A stretch of DNA of 34,790 nt, from IMG/VR virus record IMGVR_UViG_2585427727_000020; one strand, 5' to 3'. Numbering within the stretch: the first letter of the stretch is position 1; each line of letters begins with the position of its first letter. Under the pieces are notes generated by a model, which ran no database searches, was not told where the DNA came from, and worked only from the letters and a program-made list of their open reading frames with translations. Position numbers and translations under genes: made by a program. The DNA comes from a virus (lineage: Duplodnaviria > Heunggongvirae > Uroviricota > Caudoviricetes). Of the stretch, positions 9,671 to 19,951 are shown in pieces.

Positions 9671-9906
9671 GCCGCTGCATTCAGGTCTGCCGGAGACATC
9701 TGGTCGACAGAGCTTTGCGGCACTTTCGCCAGCCGCACAATGTATTTCGACACCACATGCGCCAGAAGTCTGACTGACTCATCCTGATTCATCTGGTAGG
9801 GATACCCCAGCTCGCGGACATCCTTCCCGGTGGGTTCATCAAACTCCAGTACGGAGAGTGTCTCGCCATGAGCAGTAATCGGTTTCTTTAACTCAAGCTC
9901 TTTCAT
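9637..9906 (-). CDS. Tail assembly chaperone (Mu gp41-like)
   Basis: 89-aa ORF between the tail tube and tape measure genes, the conserved position of the tail chaperone. Confidence 0.6.
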   Translation of the reverse strand: MKELELKKPITAHGETLSVLEFDEPTGKDVRELGYPYQMNQDESVRLLAHVVSKYIVRLAKVPQSSVDQMSPADLNAAAWLVAGFFLQA

Positions 9907-10262
9907 TACTGGTAATCCCCTTCTTCACCGTGGAACTCAAGATCAACCGTGCCTTCTTCGGCATTATGGTTCGCTTCGCCGTGCAGCCAGGCAGACGACA
10001 GTACATAGACCTGACCGTTCGCCAGCTCGGCAGTGATGGTCATCTCATCAGACGAGGTGATTTTGCTTACCGGAAAATTCTTCGGCACCTTGAAGGTCCC
10101 TTTGACATAAGGCGCACGGTGAGTTTCCTTGCGGTCCACTGAACCGTCCAGGCCGATGATGTCATCGTTAACCGTTTTGTTCATGGGCACCTCAATGCCG
10201 CCGGTCAGCGATAGCTGCTGACCGTCAATTTTGAAATAACAGGTTCCCCCGATACGGGCCAT
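9906..10262 (-). CDS. Tail tube protein (contractile tail)
   Basis: 118-aa ORF immediately downstream of the sheath gene with stop/start abutment; size and position as for Mu/P2-type tube proteins. Confidence 0.7.
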   Translation of the reverse strand: MARIGGTCYFKIDGQQLSLTGGIEVPMNKTVNDDIIGLDGSVDRKETHRAPYVKGTFKVPKNFPVSKITSSDEMTITAELANGQVYVLSSAWLHGEANHNAEEGTVDLEFHGEEGDYQ

Positions 10263-11758
10263 TATGCAGACTCCTCTGAATACTGAAGACGGAACTGATT
10301 AACCACGGCAAAGACACGCAGCTGGTTAACATAGTCAGGCGGGAACAGCGTGTTCAGGCGGTTCGGATCGCTGGCATCACGCTCCACAACCAGGTACTGC
10401 TTAAACAGTTCGTAGTTTTCCACGATCCCCGCACGCTCAAGCTGACGGTAGGTTGCCAACAGTTCCCCTTTGATCACCGCCGGGGTGACAATCGCCTGAC
10501 CGGGACCAAAGCGGGTACCGTCGCTGGCAAGCTTGTGACGCCCGTACTTACTGGTAATGACGGATTTCAGTTTGCGCAGTACATACGCACTGGTATGCAG
10601 CGTCTCGCTGTCGAGGTAGCTGTTATCCGCAACCCCGTAAGCGTTTTTCCTGTACGTGGTGACATCACGCTGAATGCGCAGTACCCCGCTTTCGACATAC
10701 GCCGTTGCCACGCCATGAGACAGCAGGGTCTGTTGTTCGGTCATCGTGAACCGTTTCCCCTTCGGCGCAGGCAGCATACCCACCAGCTCACCGGTCTGCG
10801 TGGGACGTGCCGGATCGTTGCGGATAAACACCGCTGCGCGGGCGGTACGGCTTGCCGCCAGCTCGTCGGCAGGCGTCTGGGTGTCTTTTTCGTACCCCGC
10901 CAGGGTAATGTGCTGCTGGTTAAACTGGTCACCTGCGGTCACCAGTTCTGACAGCGTGCCGATCTTTGCCGTATACACATGACCATACAGCTGACGCGCA
11001 TAGCTCCAGCGACCGCTGGTATCGTTCATCTCGGTCACCAGCGTGTTAACGGAGGCCGTGTCGTTGAACGGCAGGCCGATATAATCAAACGGCTCATCCG
11101 CCATTGCAGCCACCGCGCCGGTGAGAACCGGAGCACCCGTTCCGGCGGTACCCGTCGCCACGGCAATCTGTACGCCCGCTGGCAGCACTTCGCTCCCACC
11201 AAAGCCGTAGTAATTGAGGCTGACAGGAATTTCATTCCCGCAAAGCCCCTTATGACGCGCGGTCAGTGTGACCACGCCTGCCGAAGATGAAGCCGTAAAC
11301 GGCAGGGTCGGAACGGCATTGATGGCATCCTGGATACTGCTGGCAATCATCGTGACGTTATCGCCGTTAGTCACCGGTGCCTGCACGCGGGTACGTCCCA
11401 CATACACATTCACCGTGCCGGTTTCGGTTGCCGCCCCGGTCACCGTCAGCGTAACCGTTGCCGCCGCGCCTGTGGATTCAGGAACGGCAATCACATACAG
11501 CTCGCCAAACGGGTCAGTCTGGCGATAAGCCTCGACCATACGCGCCAGCTGACTTCCCGCACCACAAATCTGGCGTGCATAGTCTGCCGACGGCATCAGT
11601 ACCAGACTGTTGGCAACAATCTCTGCACCGTTATTGGCATGACCAATCAGCAGCGATGCTCCGCTGTCCTGTGCAGTATTCGCCGCCTGGTTATCCATTT
11701 CCGCATAAAACAACGGAACCAGCGTATTCGACGGAATGGTGTTAAAGCTTATCGTCAT
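10262..11758 (-). CDS. Tail sheath protein
   Basis: 498-aa ORF followed by the tube gene; sequence character typical of contractile tail sheath proteins. Confidence 0.85.
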   Translation of the reverse strand: MTISFNTIPSNTLVPLFYAEMDNQAANTAQDSGASLLIGHANNGAEIVANSLVLMPSADYARQICGAGSQLARMVEAYRQTDPFGELYVIAVPESTGAAATVTLTVTGAATETGTVNVYVGRTRVQAPVTNGDNVTMIASSIQDAINAVPTLPFTASSSAGVVTLTARHKGLCGNEIPVSLNYYGFGGSEVLPAGVQIAVATGTAGTGAPVLTGAVAAMADEPFDYIGLPFNDTASVNTLVTEMNDTSGRWSYARQLYGHVYTAKIGTLSELVTAGDQFNQQHITLAGYEKDTQTPADELAASRTARAAVFIRNDPARPTQTGELVGMLPAPKGKRFTMTEQQTLLSHGVATAYVESGVLRIQRDVTTYRKNAYGVADNSYLDSETLHTSAYVLRKLKSVITSKYGRHKLASDGTRFGPGQAIVTPAVIKGELLATYRQLERAGIVENYELFKQYLVVERDASDPNRLNTLFPPDYVNQLRVFAVVNQFRLQYSEESA

Positions 11759-11912
11759 CGGTATTCACCTTTTTATTCACGCGCCGGATATCACCCGCTG
11801 CTTCACGGCGCAGCCAGTAGTTGTTCTCGTCAACATTTCGCCCTTCGGCGGGCAAAAGGTCGCCGCGGGCAGGATCAGGAACTGACCGCCCTTTAACAGG
11901 TTTGACAAACAT
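11742..11912 (-). CDS. Small conserved phage protein upstream of the sheath gene (DUF2635-like)
   Basis: 56-aa ORF missed by the ORF track: ATG at 11910-11912, stop at 11742-11744 (MFVKPVKGRSVPDPARGDLLPAEGRNVDENNYWLRREAAGDIRRVNKKVNTDDDKL), overlapping the sheath start by 17 nt. Confidence 0.4.
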   Translation of the reverse strand: MFVKPVKGRSVPDPARGDLLPAEGRNVDENNYWLRREAAGDIRRVNKKVNTDDDKL

Positions 11913-11920
11913 GAGGATCC

Positions 11921-12481
11921 TCAGGAAGGAAGGGTTATTTCGGTGTGATGTTCGATATCGCCGTCAGGCCCGTTACCGGGCTCGAGATAATCAACATCAA
12001 TCGCCAGCGTTTGCAGTTCATCCAGACTGTTCAGATCATCCTGCTGGCGGGTATCGTCTTCAGTCAGCTCGCTGATGACCGAAAAATCGAACTGATAAAT
12101 CAGCTCATGACGATTCAGATCCAGCAGCGTGCCACCGTCATAGGTAATCGGGTTACCGCACGCCTCCGGGTTCCAGCCCAGCAGAGCCTTAAAGAGCATC
12201 TGCCGGACATCGTCCACCACATCATACGAGGCAAACTGACCGCGCTCATCACGCCCGTTACTCAGTATGACAACCACGGAGAAACCCTCTTTCAGCTCCT
12301 GCCAGTAGTCGGTCTGGCTGTTGTTTTCTCCCGGAGAATCATCACCCGGTACAACATATGCCGCCGGGAGTTTCAGCTTTCCGACCTCCGGCAGATTTTT
12401 GAACTGGGCCGCGCCTGCAACCCGGTTTTCAAAATACGGACAGCGGGCACGCAGTGCAGCAATAACAGGCGTCAGTTTCAT
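11921..12481 (-). CDS. Mu gp37-like protein (DUF1834-like; probable tail completion/terminator)
   Basis: 186-aa acidic ORF coupled to the upstream gene, between head-completion genes and the sheath gene. Confidence 0.5.
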   Translation of the reverse strand: MKLTPVIAALRARCPYFENRVAGAAQFKNLPEVGKLKLPAAYVVPGDDSPGENNSQTDYWQELKEGFSVVVILSNGRDERGQFASYDVVDDVRQMLFKALLGWNPEACGNPITYDGGTLLDLNRHELIYQFDFSVISELTEDDTRQQDDLNSLDELQTLAIDVDYLEPGNGPDGDIEHHTEITLPS

Positions 12482-12984
12482 CTGTGTCGTCGCTCCGGCT
12501 TCAGTGATTTACGCAATTCCCGCGCCAGAAAATAGCGTGTCCAACTGCGGTTCTTTTCAAGCGTTTCCACCATGAAGTTATTACGTGGAGCCAGTCGCCA
12601 GCCGCTGCCACCGGATGCACCACGATGATGGCTGCGACGACGCTTTGCCCCTCGCCTCACGCCATAGAACAAAAAAGCTGGATAAAAATCACCGGTGATA
12701 CGGCGGTTTCCCTCTCCATTACGCTGGTTAGGGGCTATACGTGCCATAAAACCAGGGCGATGTTTACTGGCTCTGGGTACCATGTAACCAATCGAACGAG
12801 CCAGGCGTCCGGTCTGATAACCGGGGTTTTCACCCGGTGCCGACCGCGCACGGCGCATCACCAGCCGACGGGCATCACGCATATGACGCTGACCAATCGT
12901 GACAAAAGCCCGCCGGACACGGGCGCGGTTAAAGCGCATCTCCGCGGGCTGCTGAAAATCAACGTGCAAAAAGGAAGTCGCCAT
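12478..12984 (-). CDS. HK97 gp10-like head-tail joining protein
   Basis: Arg-rich ORF in the connector cluster. Start chosen at the internal ATG (MATSFLHVDF...); the ORF-track frame extends to 13056. Confidence 0.45.
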   Translation of the reverse strand: MATSFLHVDFQQPAEMRFNRARVRRAFVTIGQRHMRDARRLVMRRARSAPGENPGYQTGRLARSIGYMVPRASKHRPGFMARIAPNQRNGEGNRRITGDFYPAFLFYGVRRGAKRRRSHHRGASGGSGWRLAPRNNFMVETLEKNRSWTRYFLARELRKSLKPERRHR

Positions 12985-13369
12985 TGTTGCCTCCGTGACT
13001 CTGCCTACATTCGCCCAGCTCCGTACACTCCAGCAGCAGAAAACGCCGCGCCCCATTCAGATCGCGCTGACGTTTCACCCGGTACACACTGTCACCGCAG
13101 ACCACCTCATAATCAGCGGTGATCCCCCGGCGGTAACGAATGGTGATGTAATGAGTGATGGCATCTCCGGTCTGCGCGGTTTCCTGCCAGGTGGTGGCAC
13201 TGGTCTGGACAACCTTCGCCCATGTCCGGAACGTAACCGGGTATTGAGGCTCCACGCCAAAGTTATCCGCGGGCATATCCACCCGCTGGCGGATCAGGAC
13301 GCGTTTATTCAGTTCACCGGGGTCCGGCAGAATGTAGGTTGCGCTGGTCTGCGCCTGACGAATTTTCAT
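12959..13369 (-). CDS. Head-tail adaptor / head closure protein
   Basis: 136-aa ORF downstream of the gp6-like connector gene with overlapping stop/start. Confidence 0.5.
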   Translation of the reverse strand: MKIRQAQTSATYILPDPGELNKRVLIRQRVDMPADNFGVEPQYPVTFRTWAKVVQTSATTWQETAQTGDAITHYITIRYRRGITADYEVVCGDSVYRVKRQRDLNGARRFLLLECTELGECRQSHGGNNGDFLFAR

Positions 13370-13689
13370 TGCGGAAAGTACCTGTACGGGCCGACAAGCC
13401 AGCCAAAACTCTGCGGCATGTCGAGTTTCTCCACTTCCGTAACCGACGAGCGGTTTTCGTAAAAATGGCTGATAAGCATCAGCATCCCCAGACGAATATC
13501 ATCCGGCAGGTGCAGCCCGTCCGGATCGCTGTCCGGAATGGTTTCATCCGGTGCATAGAGCTTCCGGTTCAGATACGTTTCCGTCCGCTTTTGCGCCGCA
13601 CAGGCCAGCAGTTGCAGATGGCGGTCATCAGCATCGAAATCCTCATCCAGCCGGAGTTGGGCTTTAATCTCTTCCATTGTCAGAAGCAT
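13366..13689 (-). CDS. gp6-like head-tail connector protein
   Basis: 107-aa ORF (MEEIKAQLRLDEDFDADDRHLQLL...) of the DNA-packaging/head-tail connector type, downstream of the capsid gene. Confidence 0.55.
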   Translation of the reverse strand: MLLTMEEIKAQLRLDEDFDADDRHLQLLACAAQKRTETYLNRKLYAPDETIPDSDPDGLHLPDDIRLGMLMLISHFYENRSSVTEVEKLDMPQSFGWLVGPYRYFPQ

Positions 13690-13691
13690 AC

Positions 13692-13892
13692 TCAGCCCTC
13701 TTTACTGGTCGTGGCTTTTTTCTCTTTTGTCGCTTTACTGCTTTTTGCACTGGTTCCGCGCTCTGCTAACCCGGCCTGAAGTGCAATCTCCTGCACCTGG
13801 GCAGGAAGCGCCCCGTCGTCATACTCACCGGCCCGAATGACCTCAACACGCATACCGTCCGGTGACCATTTCAGATCTTGTTTCAGGATCAT
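13692..13892 (-). CDS. Small hypothetical head-module protein
   Basis: 66-aa ORF tightly packed between capsid stop and connector start, with a K/S/T-rich C-terminus. Confidence 0.35.
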   Translation of the reverse strand: MILKQDLKWSPDGMRVEVIRAGEYDDGALPAQVQEIALQAGLAERGTSAKSSKATKEKKATTSKEG

Positions 13893-13941
13893 GATTCTTC
13901 ACCCGTCAGAACAGGGGCGCGGTTCCGCGCCCCTGAGTGTA

Positions 13942-15147
13942 TTACGCCACTGCAATCTTCAGCAGTTTGATGGCCTGCGAATCGACCAGCATGCCGCCGG
14001 TGCGTTTGGTGGTATAAAAACCGACAAACGGTTTATTGGTGTACGGGTCACGCAGAATGCGGGTGCCGATACGGTCAACGATGGTGTAACCCCGTTTGAA
14101 GTTACCAAATGCAATGGCTTTCGCATCAGCGGCGATATCCGGCATCTGTTCGTTTTCAGCGATACCGTAACCCGCCAGAGAGGACGGCTGCCCCAGCTCC
14201 AGCCCCGGACGCCACAGATAGTTACCCTCGCTGTCTTTCAGCAGACGGATGGCAAACAGGCTGTTGTTGTTCATCATGAACTTCGCACCGGTGCGGTGTG
14301 CCTTACGCAGTGTGTAAATAAGTTTGATAATGGCGTCTGCGGTCACCGCAGTCGCTTCGCCGGATACAATATGCTGAAGTTTGCCGAACGCCCGGACCTT
14401 ATCGGTTTCATCAGTGGATTCATACGCCAGGAACCCTTTCGGCTTCTTGGTGCCATCGCCTGAGGTAAAGGCAATTTCTTCCTGTTCGGCAAATTCGGTT
14501 GCCAGCTCGCTGTTGATCCAGGCCTCCACGTTGAAGAAGGCATCGTCCAGCATTTTCTGGGTGGCCTGCGGGTTGCCGTAGATTTCCCCCATGAGAGGTT
14601 CAATCAGCTCCAGTTTGGAGGTGGCAGTCTGGGATCGCGTATCCGTTTCCCCCACCCATCCGGAAGCCGTGCCGCCCAGATTCACCAGTTTTTTGTAGTC
14701 GGAACCGCCAACGGTGATCACCGTGGCTTCCTAGCGCATCACCACTTCATCTTTCAGCAGGGTGAGAATGTTGCGATCCAGCGCTTCCGGCACGGCATAG
14801 CCACCGTCTTCATCGGTGCCCACCTGCAATGCCTTACGCTCCAGATCGCGCAGACCATCTTCACGGCCTTTACGCAGGAAGCCCACAAACGCTTCTTTAT
14901 GCTCGGTGGCCAGTTTATTTTGCGCACCACCTGCCGGACGTTTCAGCTCAAGCAGCTCTTTTTCAAGATCGCTTTTGAGGTTTTCCAGCTCGCTGAGTTT
15001 CCCGTTCAGGGTTTCCACCTGCCCGGCAAGTTTGCCTTTTTCCTGCTCAATCGCATCCACGCGCTTGTCGTTCTTTGCTTTGAAGTCGTCAAACTTCTGC
15101 TGCAGCTCCTGCGCGACCTGTTCGACATCTTTAATATCTACCGCCAT
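13942..15147 (-). pseudogene. HK97-fold major capsid protein with N-terminal coiled-coil domain, interrupted by an in-frame TAG
   Basis: ORFs 14731-15147 (N-terminal coiled-coil, 138 aa) and 13942-14721 (capsid body) are in the same frame, separated only by a TAG at 14731-14733 and three sense codons (...EVVMR * EATVITVGGSDY...). Joined length is about 400 aa. Confidence 0.65.
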
Positions 15148-15161
15148 CGTATTTCTCCTGA

Positions 15162-15848
15162 TTAGAAGTTCAGATTTTTCAGTGCATTCAGTGCAGAGCT
15201 CACATCCTCAGCGTCGCGCAGGGACAGTGCGCTATAGCCCCCGGCCATGAATGCTTTGGCCTGGGTACGGGAGAGTCCGACATCACGCAGGACTCTTTCG
15301 ATTTTTTTCTGTTCGGGGATTTCCCCGCGGGCCAGCGCGTTCTTGACGTCGCTGATCCGTGCCTCGTCGTTAGACGGGAACGTCACCAGACTGACTTCCC
15401 AGAGGTCGATTTCTTTCAGCAGAAAGGCTTCTTTCGTCCGGTCGTATTCCCAGTCCTTCAGGACGTACCCAATAGAAAGGCCGGTTAACGAACCGGCCTT
15501 CATGTGTGCATGTGCGCGTTTTGCCAGGGGATCATCATCAATGAGCAACCGCCCCCTGACGTAAAGCCCGACATCGTCTTCCTTCATTTCGGTGTAAACA
15601 CCGATGGGCTCATCCATGCGGTGCTGCCAGAGCAGCGCAGGTAACGCTTTTCTGTCACTCCACGCCCGCAGGGAAGCAGCAAATGCCCCGGACATCACCA
15701 CATCATCGTGGCTGTCCTTTACACCAAAGACGGAGCCATACCCTTCAAACTCCCCGGAGTCACTGACAGATTTCAGACTCAGCGGTACATCAAGACGTTG
15801 TTTCGTCTGCATTGGCGTTATCCTTCTGCTTACCGGCTTTACTGCCAT
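15162..15848 (-). CDS. HK97-family prohead protease
   Basis: Sequence of the prohead serine protease type (EFEGYGSVFGVKDSHDDVVMSGAF...), between portal and capsid. True start may be the internal Met (MQTKQRLDV). Confidence 0.8.
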   Translation of the reverse strand: MAVKPVSRRITPMQTKQRLDVPLSLKSVSDSGEFEGYGSVFGVKDSHDDVVMSGAFAASLRAWSDRKALPALLWQHRMDEPIGVYTEMKEDDVGLYVRGRLLIDDDPLAKRAHAHMKAGSLTGLSIGYVLKDWEYDRTKEAFLLKEIDLWEVSLVTFPSNDEARISDVKNALARGEIPEQKKIERVLRDVGLSRTQAKAFMAGGYSALSLRDAEDVSSALNALKNLNF

Positions 15849-17031
15849 CGGAGGGTTTCGTGGTCATGTTCATCGGTGTGAGATAGACATCACCACCGGG
15901 ACGCGGATTCATATCTTCCAGGTCGCGGCAGTCATTGGGAGAGTAAATTCCCCAGTTGATCCCGGTGGCGTAGGCTTCAAAACGGGACTTCATATCCCCG
16001 CGCAGTAACGCCCCGGCGTTAAATTTGGCGTAATAAACGCCCTGCTTACTTTTTCGTACCAGTCCGGTGTTGATCCGCTGTTCGATGCGGGTCAGATACG
16101 GCACCAGTGAATAGTTGATAAATCCCAGCCCCAGCTCTTCGATATTGTTGAAGGTGGCGCGATCGGTGTTCTGCACCATGTGCAACGGCACCCGGAACAG
16201 ACGACAGATTTCTTCAAGCTGAAACTTGCGGGTTTCCAGGAACTGGCTGTCCTCGGCGTTCAGCGCCATCGACTTCCAGTCCAGCCCCATCTCAAGGATC
16301 ATCGGGCGGTGAGCATTGCCAAGCCCGGTGTGACGCTCCTCAAAATCTTTCTTCAGGCGCTCATAAGCCTGATCTGACAACGTCTGCTCTGTACGCAACA
16401 CACCCGACGTCACCGCGCCATTGCTGAACAGTCTGGCCCCGTGCTCTTCGGTCGCTGCCGCCAGCGATATTGCCTCGCGGGCATAGGCGATGGGATTCAG
16501 CCCCACCAGTCCGTCCAGCGTCAGCGTGCGCACATGCCAGATATCCTCCTGGCTCAGTACATCCGTGGAGCCATCCGGGAATGTGACCTGATAGACCGGC
16601 TCCCAGCTACTGTTAAGCTTCGGTACCACACAGCCGGGATCGACGGGCAGCAGTTCAGCCACTTCGCCAAATGCTTTCACTTTGTAGGCGTAAAAGTTTC
16701 CCCGCAGGCACAGACAGGTGACCACCAGCTCCCAGAACTCCTGCGGCGTCATATAGCCATTGGGATGCGTGGAGATCAGCTTATGCAGACGTTCGCCGGT
16801 GGCTCTCTGCTTCAGGCTGCCGTTCAGGTGATACAGGTTGCAGGGCAACATCCCGACCGACTCCGCCAGCACCCTGACACAGGAAAAAACCGCCGTCAGT
16901 CGCATGGCCCTCTGGCTGCTGATCTGCTTTCCGGTATAGGTGTCGTAGGACAACCCGATAGCATCCGCCAGCTCTGCTGGCGTGGTCACCGGTGCGTCAC
17001 TTTTTCGTTGAAATAATCCCGAAAAGAACAC
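15790..17031 (-). CDS. HK97-family portal protein
   Basis: 413-aa ORF downstream of the large terminase, with portal-like sequence character and a charged C-terminal tail. Confidence 0.85.
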   Translation of the reverse strand: MFFSGLFQRKSDAPVTTPAELADAIGLSYDTYTGKQISSQRAMRLTAVFSCVRVLAESVGMLPCNLYHLNGSLKQRATGERLHKLISTHPNGYMTPQEFWELVVTCLCLRGNFYAYKVKAFGEVAELLPVDPGCVVPKLNSSWEPVYQVTFPDGSTDVLSQEDIWHVRTLTLDGLVGLNPIAYAREAISLAAATEEHGARLFSNGAVTSGVLRTEQTLSDQAYERLKKDFEERHTGLGNAHRPMILEMGLDWKSMALNAEDSQFLETRKFQLEEICRLFRVPLHMVQNTDRATFNNIEELGLGFINYSLVPYLTRIEQRINTGLVRKSKQGVYYAKFNAGALLRGDMKSRFEAYATGINWGIYSPNDCRDLEDMNPRPGGDVYLTPMNMTTKPSDGSKAGKQKDNANADETTS

Positions 17032-17213
17032 TATTTACCTCCGCCGACAGACGACTGTGTACGGTCGAGATATCGCGCCACCAGCCACGACCAGAACAGG
17101 CACAACGCCCCGGCAACAACAAACCCCGCCGGGGGATAAATCAGCCAGGCACCATAAGCCAGCAAAAGCGCCCCCAGCACGCCCACCAGAGGCGCGAGAA
17201 TCAGCATGATCAT
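17031..17213 (-). CDS. Small hydrophobic protein (two predicted TM helices) between terminase and portal
   Basis: 60-aa ORF filling the 190-nt gap; could be a genuine small membrane protein or a spurious ORF. Confidence 0.3.
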
Positions 17214-17224
17214 AATTACCTCAG

Positions 17225-18958
17225 TTAAAGCGAGCGGATCCCATAGGACTCAATGTGGTCAGACAGCGTGTCTTCTTTCTCGTACAGCATGGCTCTGCCA
17301 ACCGCCATAATCAGCGCAACTGCACCATCGATTTTGTTTTCCGCCTGCTCTTTGACGGGCTTCACCACATCATCGTTACCCGGAATGGTTTTGCCGACCA
17401 CGTTGCCGATACACCAGGTCATGATGGGATTGCCATCATGATGAAAGCGCCCCGATTCAATTGCCGCTTCCAGCTCTTTCATCGGGTCGGACATGTTGGT
17501 GTAGTTCTGAATGATGGTGACGGGGTTCAGGTCTTCATCAGCAAGGTCATGTGACAACCCGGTCGCCCCGAAGGGGTCGATGGGTGACTCGCTGACCGGG
17601 CTGATTTTGTTCGCCGCTTTGGCCTCTTCGAGGATGTAGCGATAATCCACCTCTGCACCATCGGTAACGGTCAGGACGCCCATTTCCACCCATTTCTGAA
17701 AGCGTTCGGCTGTCCGGCGATCTTCATTTTTCTCGACGCTATACACCGTGTCATACGGTACCCAGAAACGCGGGGCCACACTGTAGTAATGCGTTTTACC
17801 GTCAATCTCGCGGGTATAAAGTCGCGCCATGCTGTTCATATCCAGCTTACGCGCCAGGTCAAAGGCCAGAATGCACGGCTGCCCCTCGAACTGCTCAAGA
17901 GTCAGTGATTTATCCTCGCAGCTCTGCCAGCTCACCAGGTTGAAATACGCCGAACGCGCCGACACCCAGATATTGAGGTGTTTTGTTTTAAAGACGTTTG
18001 CCAGACGGGCGTTATTTTTCGCACGTTGCTGCTGGCTTAACAAAAAATCGCGATAAACCGACACACCGATATTCGGGTTAGCTTTTTCAAGTACCTGCGG
18101 GTCGGTCCAGTCGTCGCCTTCGTCAACGGTATAGATGATCCCGAACAGTTCATCGTTGGGCACCGAGCCGTTGAGCATCTCGATGACTTCCCGCCGTTTG
18201 TCGTAGCACGGCCCCTCAATGTTGTACCCGGCGGTGGTAATGGCCCACATCAGTGGCTGGCGTCGCGCCCCCATCCCGGTAAGCATCGTGGTGTAAAGCG
18301 CATCTGTGGCGTGCTCGTGATATTCATCCACCACGGCACAGTGGGGTGATGAACCATCACCGGGGTTACCGATCAACGGTTCAAACCGCGCACCATCCTC
18401 CGGACGGTTCATGTTTGAGGCGTTAACCTCAATCCCGAACGCTTCCGTCAGCATGGGTGTGCGTTTACACATCAGTCGTGCCGGACGAAAGACTTCCCAT
18501 GCCTGTTTCTCCGTCGTGGCACCGGAATACACTTCCGCGCCGAACTCGTTATCACAGGCAAAACAATACAGGGCAACACCGGCAGAGATTGCCGATTTGC
18601 CGTTCTTACGGGGAATTTCGGTATACACCTCCCGGAAGCGGCGCAACCGGGTGCCTTTATTGACCCAGCCAAACGCACAGCAGATCACAAATAGCTGCCA
18701 CGGCTCCAGCGTGATGGGCATCCGTTTAAATGCCCACTCACCCTTGGTGTGCGGCAACAGCTGAATAAATTTGGCGGCCCGTTCAGCCAGGTCCTTGTCG
18801 AAGCGGTAACGAAACGACTTACTTTTTTCCGCCATCAGGTCATCAAGATGGCGCTGGCAGGCCTGAATCACAAACTGGCAGGCAACAATCTTTCCGCGCA
18901 CGACATCCCGGGCATACTGATTTGCAGCATTTACGTTGGGGTAAGATTTCCGGCTCAT
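17225..18958 (-). CDS. Terminase large subunit
   Basis: 577-aa ORF with ATPase P-loop-like segment ([13 protein letters not shown]), a DEYHE motif and a C-terminal nuclease region; follows the small subunit gene. Confidence 0.9.
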
Positions 18959-19458
18959 GATTCGATAATTTTCAGAAACGGGTTAGTGGCTTTCTTCTGC
19001 CCCGCCAGGCCAATCAGACGCTGGCGGCTGCTGGGGTCGAGTCCGAGCATTGCCCCCGTACTGCTCATCTCGGACTCCTGTTCTTTTTTGGCGGTCAGCT
19101 CCGGATTTTTGACCATGCCGCCCATTGCACCGGTGATGGTGTTGCCCTGTCTGGCAATATTTTTCACAGCACGTCGCCAGAACTCATAGGCTACGCACCA
19201 CCGCTCAAGCACTGCGAGGTCAGTCACGCACAGCAGGCCCTGACCGCAGAGTTCTTTGGTTGTCAGTTGCCACATGATCGTGGCGAGAGGGAGCTCTTCT
19301 TCAGCGAACCACTCCGGTGGCTCAACACCTTTGATGGGCGTAAAAACGGGTTCATCTTTGTTCAGGGCTCGCTTGCCGGGGTTTCCGGCCAGCGCCTTGC
19401 GCGCCGTTGGCTTGGGGCGACGCCCGGAACGCCCCGCCGTTCCAGCCATATGCGGCAC
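18955..19458 (-). CDS. Terminase small subunit (P27-family-like)
   Basis: 167-aa ORF overlapping the large subunit start, with a basic N-terminus ([22 protein letters not shown]). Confidence 0.7.
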   Translation of the reverse strand: MPHMAGTAGRSGRRPKPTARKALAGNPGKRALNKDEPVFTPIKGVEPPEWFAEEELPLATIMWQLTTKELCGQGLLCVTDLAVLERWCVAYEFWRRAVKNIARQGNTITGAMGGMVKNPELTAKKEQESEMSSTGAMLGLDPSSRQRLIGLAGQKKATNPFLKIIES

Positions 19459-19496
19459 TCCTGGTTAAATTTCATTTTTCGCGGGTATAAAAAAAC

Positions 19497-19550
19497 GATG
19501 GGGCGGGCAGTCCGGAAGACGTCAGGTCACAGGGATTTGCCCCGCCCCTC
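19497..19550. other. GC-rich inverted repeat between the HNH and terS genes; candidate cos/packaging-site region
   Basis: GGGGCGGG and CCCGCCCC arms separated by about 28 nt; location typical for cohesive-end sites of HNH-associated HK97-like packaging modules. Confidence 0.25.
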
Positions 19551-19574
19551 CCCTCTGGCAGTGGGAGCTGGTTC

Positions 19575-19925
19575 TTACTTCAGCCATTCACGGGCCGTCT
19601 TCGCCTTATGACACGGCCAACACAGGCTCTGTAGATTACTGTCGGCATCAGTGCCGCCACGCGCTTTAGGGATGATGTGGTCAACGGTCTTCGCCTCACG
19701 TACCACACCAGCACGCAGACATAACTGACACAGACCTTTGTCACGCTTCAGGACACGCGCGCGGATAACATCCCACTTAGAACCATAACCGCGCTGATGA
19801 CGGGATTGTCCTGACTTGTATTGCTTCCAGCCTTCGCTTTTGTGGCTTTCGCAGTAGCCTGACGGGTCTGTCGTGGTATTACGGCAGCCGCGAACGCGGC
19901 AGGCTTTTGGAGTTCGGGGGGGCAT
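19575..19925 (-). CDS. HNH endonuclease (terminase-associated)
   Basis: 116-aa ORF with Cys pairs and an HNH core (VDHIIPKARGGTDADSNLQSLCWPCH) directly upstream of terS. Confidence 0.8.
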   Translation of the reverse strand: MPPRTPKACRVRGCRNTTTDPSGYCESHKSEGWKQYKSGQSRHQRGYGSKWDVIRARVLKRDKGLCQLCLRAGVVREAKTVDHIIPKARGGTDADSNLQSLCWPCHKAKTAREWLK

Positions 19926-19951
19926 AAATATATTCCTGTTCTTTGTCCGGA

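Noticed and set aside
10535-12575. Plus-strand ORFs (e.g. 10535-10951, 11945-12535, 12321-12575) across the sheath and connector genes
   Set aside because: Antisense to a continuous, translationally coupled minus-strand operon; no RBS or start context; junk-like composition.
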